This document shows, piece by piece, positions 60,685-64,000 of a stretch of 64,000 bases of DNA (position 1 is its first letter; the number at the start of each line of letters is the position of its first letter). The DNA comes from a virus: positions 32,001 through 96,000 of the IMG/VR virus record IMGVR_UViG_3300037418_002133; one strand, 5' to 3'. The notes below the pieces were generated by a model, which searched no databases, was not told the origin of the DNA, and was given only the letters and a program-made list of their open reading frames with translations. A program made the translations under genes and the position numbers.

Positions 60685-61287
60685 TCAGGCGGCGTTTGCC
60701 GGCACCGTTCGCCACAAGGCGAGAAGCTGCTGGAACTGATCGGTCTTGATGCCGGCGTGGGCAACGGCAACGGCGTCGGCGACGTGTTCCTCGCTGTCAC
60801 AGATAGCGCCTTTGCGTCGAATGACCTTGCCCTTGCGAGTGAGATCAGCCGGGTAGCGCTGCCATGGCGCCTTGGGATAATGCTCGCCGGCCCACTCGAT
60901 GATTTCTTCCTTCGAGGCGGTCTTGGTGCCGACGGTCGCCAGTTTCGTCTCTTCCGGCTGAACCTGAATGACAGGGACGGGACTGGACGCGACCAAGGCT
61001 GTCGCCGCGCCAAAAGCAAAAGCGGCGCGGGCGCTCTGCGCGCCAACCGGAATTTCAGCGAACACGATGCGACAGGGGCGAACCAGTTCGTGATAAACGC
61101 CGATGATTTGCTTGCAGCGTTTCAGATCGTCGGAGTTGCGCCGGACCTGTTTCGACTTGTCCTTTTCGGTGACGATCGTGGTGAGGCTTTCGACCGCAAA
61201 TTCAAGCGTTTCGAGCCGCAGCAACAGCCTGGCGACACCAAAATGCGTCAATGACGGATCTAACGCAGCAATACGCACAACCGTCAT
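60685..61287 (-). CDS. RuvC-like Holliday junction resolvase
   Basis: ALDPSL..FG, AEIP, ASKEE, EHVADA. Confidence 0.8.
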   Translation of the reverse strand: MTVVRIAALDPSLTHFGVARLLLRLETLEFAVESLTTIVTEKDKSKQVRRNSDDLKRCKQIIGVYHELVRPCRIVFAEIPVGAQSARAAFAFGAATALVASSPVPVIQVQPEETKLATVGTKTASKEEIIEWAGEHYPKAPWQRYPADLTRKGKVIRRKGAICDSEEHVADAVAVAHAGIKTDQFQQLLALWRTVPANAA

Positions 61288-61829
61288 TACCAGCTTCCCC
61301 AGGTCGGATTGTCGGAATAATTCTCTTGTTTTTCTTCCTTTTTGGCGTCCCGTCGTTCCAATTCGTTCTTTCGACGCTTGCGCTGTACGATTCTCTTGCC
61401 CTCCGCCATCTTGCGAACAAGAGCCTGATGAACCGCGCCGGTAATGAACTCTGCGCGCCCTTCGTTCAATCGCTCGTATTCCTGATCTATAGCGATCGGC
61501 GTGAAGACCGAAACGAAATAGGGATAGTAGCTGTCGTAGTGGTTCGTGCCGACTTCACCCCAGACATGTTTGATGATGGTGTCTTCGAGACGATAGCCCT
61601 CAAGGCCATCCTCCTCATTGACCTCGACGACCTTCACGTAGGCGAGCGGCTCGCCCGACAAGATCAGACTTTTAAGTGTCGCCGCGTCCTTGACGACCGC
61701 GATATCCTGCAACGACGATCGATAGCCGTCTTCTTCATCCTCGATCACCTCATAGATCGTGTCGTCGAGTTTGAAGCGATTGCCATCGGCGCCGTAATAA
61801 GCGACCGTTTTGCCGACGAGATCCTTCAT
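61287..61829 (-). CDS. Hypothetical protein ending in YSDNPTWGSW
   Basis: TGATG-coupled start. Confidence 0.65.
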   Translation of the reverse strand: MKDLVGKTVAYYGADGNRFKLDDTIYEVIEDEEDGYRSSLQDIAVVKDAATLKSLILSGEPLAYVKVVEVNEEDGLEGYRLEDTIIKHVWGEVGTNHYDSYYPYFVSVFTPIAIDQEYERLNEGRAEFITGAVHQALVRKMAEGKRIVQRKRRKNELERRDAKKEEKQENYSDNPTWGSW

Positions 61830-62329
61830 CACCAGCTTCCCCAAACCGGATTGTCTGAATATTCGTTCGCAAGTTCAGCATTGCGGGCTTTCTCGGTCGC
61901 GACCTCTTCCTTACGAAAGGCGTCTCGCGCCGTCTTCAAGAAGGCTTTTTTGACAGAATTCCAGGTTGCGTCTGCCGGGCAGGGCTCAGGGCCGATGATG
62001 GCAACAGCCAGCATCTGCTCGAAACCGTCGAAGACGTCGAAGACCTTCTTCTCGTCGATCTCCAGCCATTCGTAATCGTCCGGCTCAAGCGGCGTGAACA
62101 GAAAGATGAATTGGCCGCGAACCCCAGTGGTCACACCTTTGAAGGTAAAATCGACGTTGGCGTCGAATTTCTTGGTACGGTAGCTGCCGTCGGTTCGCTT
62201 GACGCTGGACGAAAACATCTTTGAGTTTTCGAACGCGATGCTGTCGGCATGAACATTTGCCATGATCTTTTCGATCAAGGCGTTATTGGCGGACACAATT
62301 GCTGAATCCGCCAATGTTTCTCTTTTCAT
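61829..62329 (-). CDS. Hypothetical protein ending in YSDNPVWGSW
   Basis: Downstream of operator and TATAAT promoter. Confidence 0.65.
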   Translation of the reverse strand: MKRETLADSAIVSANNALIEKIMANVHADSIAFENSKMFSSSVKRTDGSYRTKKFDANVDFTFKGVTTGVRGQFIFLFTPLEPDDYEWLEIDEKKVFDVFDGFEQMLAVAIIGPEPCPADATWNSVKKAFLKTARDAFRKEEVATEKARNAELANEYSDNPVWGSW

Positions 62330-62367
62330 AATCGGGCCCTAAAGTCAGTTCTGACTTACATTATAGC

Positions 62368-62781
62368 TCAAATGCTTCGGGTCACATCAGGCTTTTCAGA
62401 AAATTCTTCAGCCAGTGTAATCAGGAACGTTTTGATCATCTTGTCGAGGATCGGCGCCCTCTCAGGGAGACGCGATAGCCCGGTGCCGAGACCGTCGGCC
62501 GGGATGACGACGTCGAAGCCCTGTTCGAGCTTGGCGCGAATTTTCATTAGATCCTGCTGAATAATTTCAGCACAACGCGGCTCGTCGTCGGAGAAGAACG
62601 ACCGCGAAAGGTTGTCGGGAGCCCACTTCGTTGCTACGCCGATCGCGTTCGGCTCACCACGCATGGCATTAGCCTGACCTCCTAAACCCTTGCGGCGCGT
62701 ATTGTCGCCGAACACGTAGAAAGTGCCGGGGTTGTTGCGAACATCCTCGCGCGTGATCCACTTTTGAAATCGAATGGGCAT
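62368..62781 (-). CDS. Phage protein with YVFGDN/GGQA/G.G.G motifs, possibly macrodomain-like
   Basis: YVFGDN...GLGGQA..MRGEPNAIGVATK; GLGTG. Confidence 0.55.
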   Translation of the reverse strand: MPIRFQKWITREDVRNNPGTFYVFGDNTRRKGLGGQANAMRGEPNAIGVATKWAPDNLSRSFFSDDEPRCAEIIQQDLMKIRAKLEQGFDVVIPADGLGTGLSRLPERAPILDKMIKTFLITLAEEFSEKPDVTRSI

Positions 62782-63072
62782 TTTACCACTCCTCGAATAG
62801 GTCGAATTCATTCCCCGACAAGGACGAATAGGGCTCATATGATGATTCGTTATCGGTGAAGGTCATCGACCCGCCGTTGCTGAAGTTAATCACCAACGAT
62901 CCGTCGGCGCTTGTGATTGTGCCAGCGGTTAGCGAGCCCATTTCGGCTTTGATCGCGTTCAATTCCTCGACCGAAACGATCGGCGGAATAATCTCTTGCG
63001 CGGGTGCTGCTGGCGCAATCTTCGCGGCGATCGGCGCCGTGGCGAAAAGACCAAGAAGTGAGCGGCGATTGA

Positions 63073-63336
63073 TCACCAGAGATCCTCCGAGAAAAGCTGA
63101 TAGGCGTTAAACCTGGGCGCGCTGATCTGTTTCGCGGCGAGAGCGATCTTGAGCGCTTCCTCGCGACTGACGAAACGACCCGTGTTCGTAAGAAACCCTT
63201 GTTCTTCGGGTTGAATTAACTCTGTGCAGCCTGCGGCGTGATAGGCATAAAGCAGCGTATGATGCCGCGCCGGCGGAAGGTCGGAAATTGTCACATTCTT
63301 GATGCGAAGCGCCGCGGCGACGATACGTTCGGTCAC
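63073..63336 (-). CDS. Hypothetical phage protein
   Basis: QGFLTNTGRFVSREEA...LFSEDLW. Confidence 0.6.
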   Translation of the reverse strand: MTERIVAAALRIKNVTISDLPPARHHTLLYAYHAAGCTELIQPEEQGFLTNTGRFVSREEALKIALAAKQISAPRFNAYQLFSEDLW

Positions 63337-64000
63337 GACAGCGCCTCCTCGACGGTCGATTTGCCGTCGACCTTCTTGACCGTGATCGTATTACGGATCC
63401 AGTCCTTCAAGTCGCTATGCGAAATGACGAAAACCGAACCGCGATCCCTGGCTTTCTCTTCCAGGATCGTCATCAACCGCTCGCGACCGGCATTGTCCAG
63501 CGCATCGTCGATTTCGTCGCCGATGAACAGCTCGATCGGCTTGCTGGCCCGGCGCCCGACCAGATCCTGCAAGGCGAGGGCGCAGGCAATCCGAACCTTG
63601 CGTTTTTCGCCACCTGAAATGCTCTTGAAGGTCTCACCGGCTGAGGCGCTCGTCACTTCGATGGAGAACTTCTCGCGAAGCTCGCCCTTGGCTGTCTTGA
63701 CGAGCGTGGTCCAGGTTGCGGTGATATGTCCGTCGGTCAGGGTGCCGAGATACTTCGCGGTTTGATCGTTCAGAAACGGCGTCACCTCGTCGAGCAGAAA
63801 CGCCCGAACGCCTGTGGGACTGAACACCTTCGCCACCGTCGTTGCGACCTGAATAGCCTTTTCGACCTCGTAATAGTGGGCTTTGGCCTCGATCAGATCG
63901 GTCTCGGCTTTACTCAGCGCGTCGGTCAGCCGCTCGATTTCAGCGTCGATCGGGTTAGCCTCGTCGCGCCTGGTCTTTATCTGACCCACAAGCGACGCCA
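63333..64000 (-). CDS. SbcC/Rad50-like ATPase, C-terminal part
   Basis: ISGGEKRK signature, IGDE..DALD, VISH; coiled coil upstream; truncated by window. Confidence 0.9.
   Translation of the reverse strand, partial: ASLVGQIKTRRDEANPIDAEIERLTDALSKAETDLIEAKAHYYEVEKAIQVATTVAKVFSPTGVRAFLLDEVTPFLNDQTAKYLGTLTDGHITATWTTLVKTAKGELREKFSIEVTSASAGETFKSISGGEKRKVRIACALALQDLVGRRASKPIELFIGDEIDDALDNAGRERLMTILEEKARDRGSVFVISHSDLKDWIRNTITVKKVDGKSTVEEALS

Larger units (their letters stand above)
2601..62358. promoter_or_regulatory. Dispersed 18-bp palindromic operator WAAGTCAG(AA/TT)CTGACTTA, 17 copies
   Basis: Starts at 2601, 8196, 9181, 13560, 14558, 17321, 19313, 23435, 25326, 31766, 33735, 40014, 49103, 55742, 57522, 60633, 62341; essentially all intergenic. 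Confidence 0.9.

Noticed and set aside
2601-62358. 18-bp palindrome as CRISPR repeat or REP element
   Set aside because: Copies are dispersed singly at gene starts, with no spacer array or cas genes
1-64000. tRNA/rRNA genes, introns, inteins
   Set aside because: None recognised by eye; terL, RNR and helicase look uninterrupted; tRNAscan not run

Overview
64 kb of a temperate siphophage or phage-plasmid genome, probably from a rhizobial alphaproteobacterial host. Gene content and order resemble SSU5/pHCM2-type phage-plasmids (my recollection, not a search result). 1-19.3 kb (minus strand) is the virion operon: terS, terL, portal, scaffold, major capsid, neck, a TIGR02594-type hydrolase, tail tube, chaperones with a -1 slippery site, tape measure, and lambda-like M/L/K/I/J. 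19.4-23.4 kb holds a wHTH, GNAT-fold, Tad2-like, ABC ATPase and two ParB-domain genes directly upstream of terminase. 23.5-28.7 kb holds an SF2 helicase, a dNMP kinase, a protein kinase and parA with a small partner. 33.9-64 kb holds small early genes and nucleotide metabolism/recombination genes (DnaQ-like, HNH, HD, rIIA/B, dUTPase, ThyX, MTase, class II RNR, RuvC-like, SbcC). The most striking signal is a ~1.2 kb island (28889-30109) with no GG and one CC. It encodes a Gly/Pro/Trp-free paralogue of a normally composed DNA-binding-like protein and sits next to spacers enriched in CCATGG. About 10 early genes share a CC-N9-CC / 14 bp / -10 promoter architecture. My hypothesis is a packaging-linked CC/GG DNA modification with a modification-free pioneer cassette. 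Also present are 17 copies of an 18-bp operator and a parS-like repeat cluster.
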